DNA of 63,359 bases, taken from Pseudonocardiaceae bacterium. Its GTDB lineage: Bacteria > Actinomycetota > Actinomycetes > Mycobacteriales > Pseudonocardiaceae. Location: the NCBI GenBank assembly GCA_050700385.1, contig JBOHGT010000392.1:1-63359 (forward strand), in the 5' to 3' direction. Position numbers and translations under genes: made by a program. This document shows, one piece after another, positions 28,123 through 38,580 of the stretch. The notes beneath the pieces are model-generated. The model searched no databases, was not told the DNA's origin, and saw nothing but the letters and a program-made list of their open reading frames with translations. Positions within the stretch are counted from its first letter, which is position 1; every line of letters begins with the position of its first letter.

Positions 28123-31100
28123 GTGCCCGCAGGAGAGCCCTTCCTCCGCGATGTCCTCGACATCCCCGAGTCGGTCCACGCCGGAGACTTCAAGGTCGAG
28201 CTCTCCGGCGGTTTCGTCGACACCCAGGCGCGCGTCGACGAGTACGTCTTCACCGACCAGCTCCGCCAGGCGTTCAGCAAGGCACTCGGCATCGTGCGGG
28301 CTGCCGTGCGCAATGACAGCTCCTACGCCGCCTACCTGCACGGCTCGTTCGGCTCCGGGAAGAGCCACTTCCTGACCGTGCTGCACGCCGTGCTGAACAA
28401 CGACCCGGTGGCCCGCGCCAAGCCCGGGCTGCAGCCGGTGATCGCCGACCATGACGGCTGGCTGCGCGGCCACAAGTTCTTGATGGTGCCGTACCACCTG
28501 GTCGGCGCCACCGATATCGACTCCGCAGTCCTCGACGGATACGTCAGGACCGTGCGCACGCTGCACCCCGACGCGCCGATACCGCCCGTCTACCGGGCGG
28601 ATGCGATGCTCACCGACGCCCGACGCCAGCGGGAGTTCCTGGCCGACGACACCACGTTCGTCGAGTGGCTGGGCATCGGCGCCGCTGCGCACCCCGCCCA
28701 CGGCGACGACCTGGACGTCATCGACGGCGCACCGGTCTCCGGTTGGACCCCGGCGGAGCTGGACCGGGCCTTCGCCGCGCACGCCGGGGATCCATTGCGC
28801 GCCGCGCTGGTCTCCGCCCTGCTCGCTGGGCCGATGTCCGCCTACATCCGGGGCGCGAGCGGCGACCGAGACGCCTTCATCCCGCTGGAGAACGGCCTGT
28901 CGGTGATCAGTCGGCACGCCAAGCAGCTCGGCTACGACGGCCTGATTCTGTTCCTCGACGAGCTGATCCTGTGGCTGCAGGCGCACATGTCCGACCAGCC
29001 GTTCGTCAACAACCAGGTCAGCAAGCTGGTCAAGCTCATCGAGTCCGGCGAGGCCGACCGCTCGCTGCCGATCGTGTCGTTCGTCTCCCGGCAGCGTGAT
29101 CTGTCCCAGCTCGTCGGCGAAGACGTGATGGGTGCCGACGTCAAGAACCTGGAAGCCCAGGTGCACTACCTGGCGCAGCGCTTCGACACGGTCACCCTGG
29201 AGGACCGCAACCTCCCGGCGATCATCAAGGAGCGGGTCCTCACACCGCGCTCGCCGCAAGCCCGCGCGGCGCTCGACGCAGCGTTCGCCGGGGTCGAGTC
29301 GGCGGGCGCGGACGTCAGGGACGTGCTGCTGGACGCCAACGGCGTGACCGGCGCCGACTGGGCGGACTTCCGCGCCGTCTACCCGCTCTCCCCGGCGCTG
29401 CTCAACGTGCTGGTCGCGCTGGCCGGGGTGCTGCAGCGCCAGCGCACCGGCCTGAAGCTGCTGCAGGACATGCTGCACCGGCGCCGCGCGGACATGCGGC
29501 TCGGCCAGCTCATCCCCCTCGGCGACCTCTGGGACGTGCTCGCCGTCGGCACCGGCGACGCATTCACCGACCGGCTGCGCAAGGAGGCCGAGGCCGCCCA
29601 ACGCTTCCACGCCAAGGTCCGTGGCTACCTGCAGGAGAAGTACGGCAGCACCGAGGACGACCGGTTCCGCGCCGACGACCGGTTCGTCAAGACCCTGCTG
29701 CTCGCCGCGCTGGCACCCGACGTCCCCGCGCTGACCCGGCTGACCGGGGCCCGGCTCGCCGCGCTCAACCACGGCTCCATCCGATCCCGCACCGTGGCGC
29801 CCGGCTCGATGGTGGTCAACCGGCTGCGCGAGATCCAGGCCGAGTTCGGGGAGCTGCGCGCGGACGGCGACGAGGATCCGGTCTTCACCCTGCACCTGTC
29901 CGATCTCGACATCGAGCCGCTGCTGGACGCGGTGGGCGAGCAGGACAACCTCGGCGCCCGCCGGATCTGGGTCAAGGACCAGTTGTGGAGCGCCCTGCAC
30001 GTCAGGGACACCGGCGAGTTCGTCTGCGAGCGCGAGATCGTGTGGAAGGGCACCCGCCGCACCGCCGAGTTCGTCTTCGCCAACGTGCGCGACTCCCAGG
30101 ACCTTCCCGATCTGCAGTTCAGCCCCAGCGTCGAAGGGCGTATCCGGTTCCTGCTGGACTACCCCTTCGACATCGAAGGCAAGCACCCCAGCGATGACGC
30201 CGGGCGGGTGCACGCGCTGAAGCGGGCCGGTGTCGAGGCGGTCACCATCGTCTGGCTGCCGCACTTCCTGTCCAGGCAGAAACGCGCTCAGCTCGGCCGC
30301 TTGCTGAAGATCCGCTACCTGCTGGAACGCGATCGGCTCGACGACTACGCCACGCACCTGCCCGCCGATGACCGGGTCCGGGTGCGCCACCAGTTGCAGG
30401 CCCAGCGCGACACCCTGACCTCGCAACTGACCGCCGTGTTGCGGCAGCTCTACGGCATTTCCCAGGCTGACGACGCCAATATCGGCTCACCGGTCGTTGC
30501 GGACGGCCACGTGCTGTCGCTGTTCCCGGGGCAACGCCCCACGCTGCTCGGTGGCGCGAGCTTCGAGCACAACGTGCAGCTCGCGCTGGTGAAACGGGTC
30601 GTGCACCCGCTGGAGCTGGGTGAAGTGTACGACGGTCCGCTCATCGTGAGCACCGATTGGCAGCGCCGGATCGACCAGTACGCCGCGCAGATCGGCGCCA
30701 CCGGGGACTACGGCGTCGAGCAGATCCGGGAGTGGATCGCGGGCCTCGGCTACACCGGCCTGGACAAACCGGTGAGCAACCTGATCATCGCCACCTACGC
30801 GATGCTCGCCGACCGGGCCTGGTGCTACCACGGCTCGCCGGTGCAGCAGCCGCCGGAGCTGGAGCGGATCGGCGCCGGCTACGCGCTGCGCGCCCAGGAG
30901 CTGCCCAGCGACGATGAGTTCACCGTGGCGCGAGAGCGGGTGGCCAAGCTCTTCGGCGTGCACGTTCCGGCTGTGCTGCTCACCCGCAACCTCAACCGGC
31001 TGGCGGGCGGGGTGCATGCCAAGGTCACCGACCTGGAGCCGGCGGTGACCGGGGTACGCCGCTCGTTGGATCGCCACGCCGGGGTGCTCGGCCTGCCTGC

Positions 31101-31719
31101 GCAGGCGCCGCGGGTGACGACCGGGCGGTGCGCGGCCGATCTGCTGGCCCGGCTGTCGGGCCCGCAGGACGCCACATCGCTGGTGCGAACGCTGAACGAC
31201 GCGTCGTACCCGGTGACCGACGAGGTGCTGGGCACGGCGATCAGCTCCGCACCGGCCGTGCTGGCCGCGGTGGACCAGGCCGACTGGACCCTGCTGGAGT
31301 CCGTGCGCGGGTTCACCGGGCGCGGCGACGGGCTCGGCGATCGGGCCGAGCGGCTGGTCGAGGACGTGGCGCAGACGGCGGTGGACGACGAGTTCACCCG
31401 GCCGCTGGCTCCGGTGCTGCGCGGGATGCGGGACCGAGCCGTGACGTTGATCAACGAAGCCGCGCGCCTCGCGAGTGTTGCACCGCCGCAGCCCAGCGCT
31501 AGTCCGCCCAGCCGGGAGGAGCCGCCGGCTGCCGAGACTGGCGCGCAGGACGCTACCGGCCGTCCGGCCCGTTCCCGCCTGCGGGTGCAGTCCAGCCAGG
31601 TCGAGACGGCGCTGGCGCAGATCATCGCCGACCTGCAGTCCGAGATCTGGGACTACGCGGCGGCCCACCCCGGTGTGGAGATCGAGATCAGCTGGCGCCC
31701 GGTGGACACGGACTCCTGA
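28123..31719 (+). CDS. pglY: BREX type 2 P-loop ATPase PglY (BrxC-like)
   Basis: 1198 aa with Walker [12 protein letters not shown] near the N-terminus. Positioned between pglX and pglZ. Confidence 0.85.
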   Translation: MPAGEPFLRDVLDIPESVHAGDFKVELSGGFVDTQARVDEYVFTDQLRQAFSKALGIVRAAVRNDSSYAAYLHGSFGSGKSHFLTVLHAVLNNDPVARAKPGLQPVIADHDGWLRGHKFLMVPYHLVGATDIDSAVLDGYVRTVRTLHPDAPIPPVYRADAMLTDARRQREFLADDTTFVEWLGIGAAAHPAHGDDLDVIDGAPVSGWTPAELDRAFAAHAGDPLRAALVSALLAGPMSAYIRGASGDRDAFIPLENGLSVISRHAKQLGYDGLILFLDELILWLQAHMSDQPFVNNQVSKLVKLIESGEADRSLPIVSFVSRQRDLSQLVGEDVMGADVKNLEAQVHYLAQRFDTVTLEDRNLPAIIKERVLTPRSPQARAALDAAFAGVESAGADVRDVLLDANGVTGADWADFRAVYPLSPALLNVLVALAGVLQRQRTGLKLLQDMLHRRRADMRLGQLIPLGDLWDVLAVGTGDAFTDRLRKEAEAAQRFHAKVRGYLQEKYGSTEDDRFRADDRFVKTLLLAALAPDVPALTRLTGARLAALNHGSIRSRTVAPGSMVVNRLREIQAEFGELRADGDEDPVFTLHLSDLDIEPLLDAVGEQDNLGARRIWVKDQLWSALHVRDTGEFVCEREIVWKGTRRTAEFVFANVRDSQDLPDLQFSPSVEGRIRFLLDYPFDIEGKHPSDDAGRVHALKRAGVEAVTIVWLPHFLSRQKRAQLGRLLKIRYLLERDRLDDYATHLPADDRVRVRHQLQAQRDTLTSQLTAVLRQLYGISQADDANIGSPVVADGHVLSLFPGQRPTLLGGASFEHNVQLALVKRVVHPLELGEVYDGPLIVSTDWQRRIDQYAAQIGATGDYGVEQIREWIAGLGYTGLDKPVSNLIIATYAMLADRAWCYHGSPVQQPPELERIGAGYALRAQELPSDDEFTVARERVAKLFGVHVPAVLLTRNLNRLAGGVHAKVTDLEPAVTGVRRSLDRHAGVLGLPAQAPRVTTGRCAADLLARLSGPQDATSLVRTLNDASYPVTDEVLGTAISSAPAVLAAVDQADWTLLESVRGFTGRGDGLGDRAERLVEDVAQTAVDDEFTRPLAPVLRGMRDRAVTLINEAARLASVAPPQPSASPPSREEPPAAETGAQDATGRPARSRLRVQSSQVETALAQIIADLQSEIWDYAAAHPGVEIEISWRPVDTDS

Positions 31720-34435
31720 TGGCCGCGCTCCCCGCCGTCAACCGCCGGATCATCGAGACCGTGCTGAAGGTCGAGCTGCCCTCCGCGCCTTGCCGCCGGC
31801 TGGTGCTCGTACACGGCCGGTACGAGGACCAGGCGGCCACCGAGTTCACCACCGAGATCGCCGGTGTGGCGCGCCGGGTCCGGGTCACCGACCAGCCGTC
31901 GGTGCTCGGCATCATCGAGGCATGGCAGGAACATCAGGTGGCGCCCGGCAGCCGCGACGACGTGCTGGTGGTGACCACCGGGGTGGACGACGCCCAGCTG
32001 GGCTGGGACCTGCGCGGGCATGCGGTAGGCCGCTCGACGCGCACGGTGGACCGCGCCGAGATCGTCATGCAGCGGTTCGGGGCCGGTGATGTCGACCCGC
32101 GCATCCGTCGCGAGGGCTGGCTCGTCGACGCCCTCCTCGATGCCGAGCCCCCGAGCGGCTGGCCGCGCTGTGGCTCGGTGCTGACCAGGGATCTCGCGGT
32201 CCGGGCGTTGATCGAGGCCCGGCTGGGTACCGAAGCGCTCGTCGACGGCGCGCTGGACGCCGGCGCGCTGCTCGCCTGGTCCCGTACCTGGGCGGGCCCG
32301 GCCCGGTTCGCCGCGCTGCCCGAGGCGGAACGCGCAGGCCTGACCGGCTGGCTCACCGGGACGGTCGGCGAAGGGGCGCCGGTGCTGCTGGGTCTGGTGG
32401 CAGCCGGTCGGGGACCCGACGCCATGGCGCTCGGCGTCGTCGGGTCGGTACTGGTCGATCCGATTCCGGCTGCCCCGGGCGCCTCCGCCGAGGCGGCGCT
32501 GTCGTTCGGCGGGCTGCTCGGCGGCCTGCGACCCCGGCCGGCGGAGTTGCGCGCGTTCACCGCCGTGGTCGAAGGCACCCTGGAGCGATGGGTCACCGAG
32601 GCCGAGTCCGCCGGGCCGGACGCCAGCGGGGGTAACGCCGCCCGGCAGCGCGTCCTCGACGTCGTGGAACGGGCCGACGAGCTCGCCGTCACGGCGGACC
32701 TGACCGGGGCGCTGGCCGCGAACCGGTTCCTGCCGTCGGGCTTGCAGGCCCGGCTGCGCAGCGTGGCGGCCGCGCTGTCGCCCCGTCCCCCCGAAGCGGC
32801 GGTGACGGCCGCCGAGAAGGCCCTGTCCGGGCTGCAGCAGCACCGGTTGGCGCCGCTGTCCCCGCAGCAGGTCCGACCTGCCCAGATGGCGGTGCGGCTG
32901 GTGCGCTGGCTTGCCACACCGGACCCGCCGGTGGACTCGGTGGCCGCCGGGGTACGCGCGCACCTGGCGGACTGGGGCTGGGTGGACCGCGCACTGACCG
33001 TGCTGTGGGTCGGGGACCCGGTGGGCGATCCCATCATCGGCCAGGCGTACCGAGCGGTCTACGAGGCGGCCCGGACCCGGCGGGACGCCCTCGACGAGGC
33101 GTTCGCGCAGCGCCTCGTGCCATGGACCGGGTACGCCTGCGCGCAGGCGCCGGGCGACTGCCTGCTCGTCGAGGACGTCCTGGAGAAGGTCGCGCTGCCG
33201 CTGGCCGCGGTGCGCGCCCCGCTGGTCCTGCTGCTGGACGGGATGAGCAGCGCGGTCGCGGCTGAGCTCGGCGAGCAGCTCACCCGCCGATCGTTGATCG
33301 AGGTGTCACCGGTATCGGGCCACCGCAGGGCCGCGGTCTCGGCGCTGCCCTCGGTGACCAGGGTCAGCCGGGCCAGCCTGCTCACCGGGAGGCTGACCAC
33401 CGGCGACCGGTCCGCCGAGAAGGAGGGGTTCGCCGCGTTCTGGCGCAGGCAGCACCGGGGCGCCGCGCTGTTCCACAAGGGGGAGGTCGGGGGCCACGCC
33501 GGGCACCGGCTGGCCGAACCGCTCGTCGAGGCCATGGCCGGGGACGGAGCCGTCGGCGTCGTGCTCAACACCATCGACGACGCCCTGCAGCACGGGCAAG
33601 AGGGCGATCGCACCGAATGGCGGCTGGCCGACATCACCTACCTGCCCGAGCTGGTGGACGCGGCGCGCGGTCACCGTCGCCCGCTGGTGCTGGTGGCTGA
33701 TCACGGGCACGTGCTGGAACGCTCACTCGCCGGGGAAGGCCCGGTAGCCGCGTCCGGTGTGGAGTCCGCGCGCTGGCGCACCGGCTCGCCCGGGCCCGGT
33801 GAGGTGGAACTCGCCGGGCCGCGAGTGCGCTACGGCGACGGCCGCATCGTCGCACCGTGGCGGGAGGGCATCCGCTATACCCACCGCAGGTCCGGCTACC
33901 ACGGCGGCGCCTCGCTCGCCGAGATGACCGCGCCGGTGCTGGTGCTGCTGCCGTCCACTGATCTCGTGCCGTCCGGCTGGTCGGTACTGCCGCCGGAGTC
34001 GACCGCCCCCCAATGGTGGGCGCAACAGTGGCGGGCGCCGCGACCGACCACCGCACCAGCGGCCCAGGCCCGGACTCCGGCCAGCCCGGCTCCGCCGAGC
34101 ACCCCCGGTACCCCTGCTGCGGCGGCGACACTGGGCGCCCAGGTGGTCAGGACCGATGTTTACGCCGGGCAGCGGGCCTTCGTCCGCAAGGCCCCGGACC
34201 GGCCGGTCGTGGCCACGGTCATCGATGCGCTCGCTGCTGCCGATGGACCCTGTCGCTGACCGCGGTCGCCACCACGGCGGGACGCGCCAGGCGCAACCCC
34301 GAGGGCTTCGCCGCCACCCTGCAGCGGCTGCTCAACGTCGAGGGCTACCCGGTCCTCGGCCTCACCGACGGCGGCCGCACACTGAAACTCGATCGCGAAC
34401 TGCTCCGGCTGCAGTTCGGTCTGGACCAGCCGTGA
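31719..34435 (+). pseudogene. pglZ: BREX alkaline-phosphatase-superfamily protein PglZ. The last ~60 codons are in the -1 frame (frame break ~34245-34252).
   Basis: ORF 31719..34259 carries LLLDGMS, VVLNTIDDALQHG, LVLVADHGHV and YHGGASLAEM. ORF 34013..34435 continues sensibly from LSLTAVATTAGRARRNPEGFAATLQRLLNVEGYPVLGL...LRLQFGLDQP. Its stop overlaps the brxD GTG (GTGA). Confidence 0.8.
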
Positions 34436-35778
34436 CCGGGCCATCTCCTGGGCCAACCCCGGTCAGTGCCGTCCGGCGCCGCGAGGTGGTGGACGCCTTG
34501 CGGCGGGGAACCGTGCCGCAGGCCGGGCTCGACCTGTTCGCCGTCGGTCTCGATCGTTTCGTCGCGGCCCTCGATGATGACCTGGCGACCGTCGCCCGCG
34601 GCGGGGCGGCGTTCCACGCCATCCGGGGTGAGTACGGCTCCGGCAAGACCTTCTTCGCGCGCTGGCTCGCCGAGCGCGCCAAGCGCGCCGGACTGGCGAC
34701 CGCCGAGATCCAGATCTCCGAGACCGAGACCCCGCTGCACCGCCTGGAAACCGTCTACCGGAGGTTGACCGAGCGCTTGACCACGGGGACGCATCGGCCG
34801 AGCGCGCTGCGCGCCGTGCTCGACTCCTGGTTCTACACCCTGGAGGAGGAGGTTCTCGACGCCGGCAAGGTCGACGAGCAGGACGCGCCGACGCTGGCCG
34901 GTGCGGTGGACGTGCTGATGGAGCAGCGGCTCGCCGGGGTGGCCCGCACCACACCGGCGTTCGCCGCCGCGCTGCGCGGCTACCGGCAGGCCCACACCGC
35001 CGGGGATCCAGCCACCGCCGAGGGGCTGATCGCCTGGCTGGGTGGGCAGAAATCGGTCGCTGCGGCCGCCCGCCGCGCCGCCGGAGTGCGCGGTGACCTC
35101 GACCACTTCGCCGCGCTGGGTTTCCTTCAGGGGCTGCTGACCGTGCTGCGGGACTGCGGGCACCCCGGGCTACTCGTCGTGCTGGACGAGACCGAGACGC
35201 TGCAGCGGGTGCGCGGCGACGTGCGGGAGAAGGGTCTCAACGCGCTGCGGCAACTGCTGGATGAGATCGACAATGGGCGGTTTCCCGGGCTGTTCCTGAT
35301 GATCACCGGCACGCCGGCCTTCTACGACGGCCAGCAGGGCGTGCAGCGGCTCCCACCGTTGGCGCAACGGCTGGCAACCGACTTCGCCACCGATCCGCGA
35401 TTCGATTCTCCTCGTGCAGTGCAGCTTCGGCTCTCCGGGTTCGATGTGGAGCGCCTCGGCGAGTTGGGCCGTACCGTGCGGGACCTGTACGCGGGCGCGG
35501 CCAAACACCCTGGGCGGATCGCCGCCAGGGTGGACGATTCTTATCTGGCCGAGCTGGCCGCTGCTGTGACGGGCGGACTCGGTGGGCAAGTCGGCGTCAC
35601 ACCACGCATCTTCCTGCGCAAGCTGGTCGCCGACGTGCTCGACCGGGTGGACGAGTTCGAGGATTTCGATCCGCGCCGGCACTACGCGCTCACGCTGTCG
35701 AGCGCCGAGCTGACCGAGGTCGAACGCAACGCCGCTGCCGGTGCCGGTGCCGGTGACGTCGATCTGGACCTACCGTGA
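34432..35778 (+). CDS. brxD: BREX ATP-binding protein BrxD
   Basis: The in-frame GTG at 34432 of ORF 34156..35778 overlaps the stop of the pglZ tail. IRGEYGSGKTFFARWL (Walker A), LLVVLDETE (Walker B). Confidence 0.85.
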   Translation: MTGPSPGPTPVSAVRRREVVDALRRGTVPQAGLDLFAVGLDRFVAALDDDLATVARGGAAFHAIRGEYGSGKTFFARWLAERAKRAGLATAEIQISETETPLHRLETVYRRLTERLTTGTHRPSALRAVLDSWFYTLEEEVLDAGKVDEQDAPTLAGAVDVLMEQRLAGVARTTPAFAAALRGYRQAHTAGDPATAEGLIAWLGGQKSVAAAARRAAGVRGDLDHFAALGFLQGLLTVLRDCGHPGLLVVLDETETLQRVRGDVREKGLNALRQLLDEIDNGRFPGLFLMITGTPAFYDGQQGVQRLPPLAQRLATDFATDPRFDSPRAVQLRLSGFDVERLGELGRTVRDLYAGAAKHPGRIAARVDDSYLAELAAAVTGGLGGQVGVTPRIFLRKLVADVLDRVDEFEDFDPRRHYALTLSSAELTEVERNAAAGAGAGDVDLDLP

Positions 35779-37901
35779 CCGGGGAGCTCGGCCAGCTCAA
35801 CCCGGTGCTGGTACACCACATCGTCAACACCCTGGGCTGGCGGTCGCTGCGACCGCTCCAGGAACAAGCCGTCGACCCGCTGCTGGGCGGCTCAGATGCG
35901 CTGCTGCTGGCGCCGACCGCCGGGGGTAAGACCGAAGCGGCCGCGTTCCCGTTGCTCAGTGCCATGGAACAGCAACAATGGACGGGCCTGTCCGTGATCT
36001 ATCTCTGCCCCCTCAAGGCACTGCTGAACAACCTGTTGCCACGGCTGGAGAGCTACGCCGGGTGGCTCGGTCGGCGGGTTGCGCTCTGGCACGGGGACGT
36101 CACCCAGTCCGCCCGGCAGCGCCTCCTGCGTGACCCGCCGGACCTACTGCTCACCACGCCGGAGTCGCTGGAGGCGATGCTGGTGAGCACCAAGGTGGAG
36201 CACCGGCGGTTGTTCGCCGGGCTGCGCGCCGTCATCGCGGACGAGGTGCACGCGTTCGCCGGGGACGACCGGGGTTGGCACCTGCTCGCGGTGCTGGAGC
36301 GGCTGACTCAGCTAGCCGGAAGGCCGCTGCAGCGGGTGGGGCTGTCCGCAACAGTGGGGAATCCGGAGGCGCTGCTGGGGTGGTTGCAGGGTTCGGGGCA
36401 GGGCAGCCGGCCGGCGCTGGTGGTCGCGCCGGGTGTGCAGCTATCCGGCTCCGAACCATCCATGCCCGCACCTCCTGGCGAGGTCGAACTCGACTATGTG
36501 GGCTCTGTCGGCAACGCCGCCACCGTCATCGCGTCCCTGCACCGCGGCGAGAAGCGACTCGTCTTCTGCGATTCGCGGCAGCTGGTCGAGGAGCTCGGTC
36601 AGGCATTGCGCGCCAGCGGCGTGACGACCTTCCTGTCGCACGCTTCGCTGTCGATGGACGAGCGCCGGCGGGCCGAGCTGGCCTTCGCCGAAGCCAGGGA
36701 TTGCGTGATCGTCTCCACCTCTACCCTGGAGCTCGGCATCGATGTCGGTGACCTCGACCGGGTCATTCAGATCAACGCTCCGGGCACGGTCGCGGCTTTC
36801 CTGCAACGCCTCGGGCGCACCGGCCGCCGCCAGGACACAACCCGTAACTGCCTGTTTCTGGCGCTGAGTCACGATGCTCTGGTGTCGGCCGCTGGGTTGC
36901 TGCTGCTCTGGGGCCGTGGGTACGTCGAACCGGTGACCGCGCCGCCGCAACCCCGGCACATCGTGGCGCAGCAGGTGCTCGCACTGTGCTTGCAGGAGAA
37001 CAAGGTCGGCCGCGGGCTCTGGCCCCAGTCGTGGAACGGTCTGGCTCCTTTCGATCGCTCCGCCGATCCGATCGTTCGGCATCTACTCACCGAGGGCTTC
37101 CTCGAGCAGGACGGTGAGCTGCTGTTCATCGGCCCGCAGGCTGAGGCGAAGTTCGGTCGCCGCCACTTCATGGGGATGACGGCGGTCTTCACCGCGCCAC
37201 CGGAGTTCACCGTGCTGTCGGGACGTCAGGAGATCGGTCGCACCGACCCCGCGCTGCTGACCGAGAAGGTGGACGGCCCGCGGCTCCTGCTGCTCGCCGG
37301 CCGAAACTGGCGGGTCACCTGGATCGACTGGAAGCGGCGCCGGTGCTTCGTGGAACCCGCCGACGGGATTGGCGGTAAGGCCCGCTGGCTCAGCGGGGTC
37401 GGCACCGGGGCGACCTTCGACCTCACCCGCGCCGTCCGGGACGTGTTGCTCGGCAGCGTCCCACCGGTCAGGCTCACCCAGCGGGCGCAGCGGATCCTTG
37501 CTGAGGCACGCGAGGACGCCTATGCCTCGGTTCATCCGGGTGGAACGGTCATCACCCGGCACGACGAGGACGTCCGGTGGTGGACGTGGGCCGGGTACCG
37601 AGCCAATGCCACCCTCGTGGCCACGCTCAGCGGGCTCACCGACGAGAAGCAGCGGTTCGACGACGAGGCGATCCGCCTTCGCGCCGACCTCACGCCGGCG
37701 ATGTGGCGGGCCGGCACCGCGGACGCAGCCGAGCGACTGTGCCTTCCCGAGATCGACGAAAGGGCACTGAAGGGTCTCAAATTCAATGAGGCTCTGCCGG
37801 ACGGGCTCGCGATCGCCACCCTCGCGGCTCGGCTCGCCGACCTCAACGGTGCGGCCCACGTGCTCGCGGAGCCCACCCGGTTTGCCTCGACGACCGGCTG
37901 A
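35775..37901 (+). CDS. brxHI: BREX Lhr-like DEAD/DEAH-box helicase BrxHI
   Basis: LLLAPTAGGKTEAA, VIADEVHAF and SATVGNP motifs. Its start overlaps the brxD stop. Confidence 0.85.
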   Translation: MTGELGQLNPVLVHHIVNTLGWRSLRPLQEQAVDPLLGGSDALLLAPTAGGKTEAAAFPLLSAMEQQQWTGLSVIYLCPLKALLNNLLPRLESYAGWLGRRVALWHGDVTQSARQRLLRDPPDLLLTTPESLEAMLVSTKVEHRRLFAGLRAVIADEVHAFAGDDRGWHLLAVLERLTQLAGRPLQRVGLSATVGNPEALLGWLQGSGQGSRPALVVAPGVQLSGSEPSMPAPPGEVELDYVGSVGNAATVIASLHRGEKRLVFCDSRQLVEELGQALRASGVTTFLSHASLSMDERRRAELAFAEARDCVIVSTSTLELGIDVGDLDRVIQINAPGTVAAFLQRLGRTGRRQDTTRNCLFLALSHDALVSAAGLLLLWGRGYVEPVTAPPQPRHIVAQQVLALCLQENKVGRGLWPQSWNGLAPFDRSADPIVRHLLTEGFLEQDGELLFIGPQAEAKFGRRHFMGMTAVFTAPPEFTVLSGRQEIGRTDPALLTEKVDGPRLLLLAGRNWRVTWIDWKRRRCFVEPADGIGGKARWLSGVGTGATFDLTRAVRDVLLGSVPPVRLTQRAQRILAEAREDAYASVHPGGTVITRHDEDVRWWTWAGYRANATLVATLSGLTDEKQRFDDEAIRLRADLTPAMWRAGTADAAERLCLPEIDERALKGLKFNEALPDGLAIATLAARLADLNGAAHVLAEPTRFASTTG

Positions 37902-37980
37902 CGCACGTCGCAGTGCCTTGTCGACGGCATCGTGGTCACGGGCGCATCCCAGGTCGCCGTCGGGGCCGTCGTCAGGGCCG

Positions 37981-38229
37981 TCAGGTGCGCGGGTCCTCGG
38001 GGCGCTGCCTGCCGATGACAGCGGCGACCACATCTGCCACCTGCGCAGGGTCGGTCCGCTGCAGTGCCTGCTTCCCCAGTTGGTACCGCAAGACCTCGCA
38101 GGTCACAAAGACCACGAGACCAAGCACGTAGACCGACAGCAGGACAGCGAGCTGTGCCTGCCACGGCATGTCCTTGATGGCGAACGAGATGACCAGCGCT
38201 GGCAGCGCAGGCAAGCACACGCGGATCAC
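37981..38229 (-). CDS. Small predicted membrane protein (two hydrophobic helices)
   Basis: 82-aa ORF with LPALPALVISFAI and LAVLLSVYVLGLVVFVTC segments. Convergent with brxHI. Confidence 0.35.
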   Translation of the reverse strand: MIRVCLPALPALVISFAIKDMPWQAQLAVLLSVYVLGLVVFVTCEVLRYQLGKQALQRTDPAQVADVVAAVIGRQRPEDPRT

Positions 38230-38580
38230 CTGTCCACCCCGTACTGTACCAACCCGAGCGCACCCTCAGCACTTGCGCCCGCGCCGACAAGCACCGGTGT
38301 CGGAGATCGTCCGTGTCCGGGCGCGCCGCTGGAGCGTCGCCGCGCTGCGCGGGCCTCTAGCGCGAGCTGGCCGTCCATGCCGCCTCCAGGCGTCGGGAGA
38401 GAGCGTGCCCCGCCCCCACACCACGCAACCGGAGACGTCGTGGCGGTAGACTCATCGCTAACACGAGCCGAAATATTAACCGCCGGTCGCGGTCCGGGGA
38501 AGAGCGAGCCGTCGGCCTGACAGGATGTCGACGTCCCAGCGCGATGCGGACCCGGCCAGGAGACCTGCGGAGGCCCCACC

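Noticed and set aside
28045-30426. 793-aa ORF on the minus strand, the longest of many large antisense ORFs. Others include 16022..17389, 26246..27349, 30487..31668, 31653..32963, 21669..22655, 47147..48133, 50225..51367, 50608..51954, 56050..57090, 60315..61667 and 53755..54855.
   Set aside because: They lie antisense to genes with clear family motifs (pglY, pglW, pglX, pglZ, bioF and others). They have the Arg/Gly/Pro/Ala-rich, low-complexity composition typical of spurious open frames in ~70% G+C DNA, and they show no recognisable domains.
34156-34431. N-terminal 92 codons of ORF 34156..35778 as part of BrxD
   Set aside because: The composition is Arg/Pro-rich nonsense and it overlaps the pglZ 3' end. 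The GTG at 34432 overlaps the stop of the shifted pglZ tail, and the recognisable BrxD sequence starts there.
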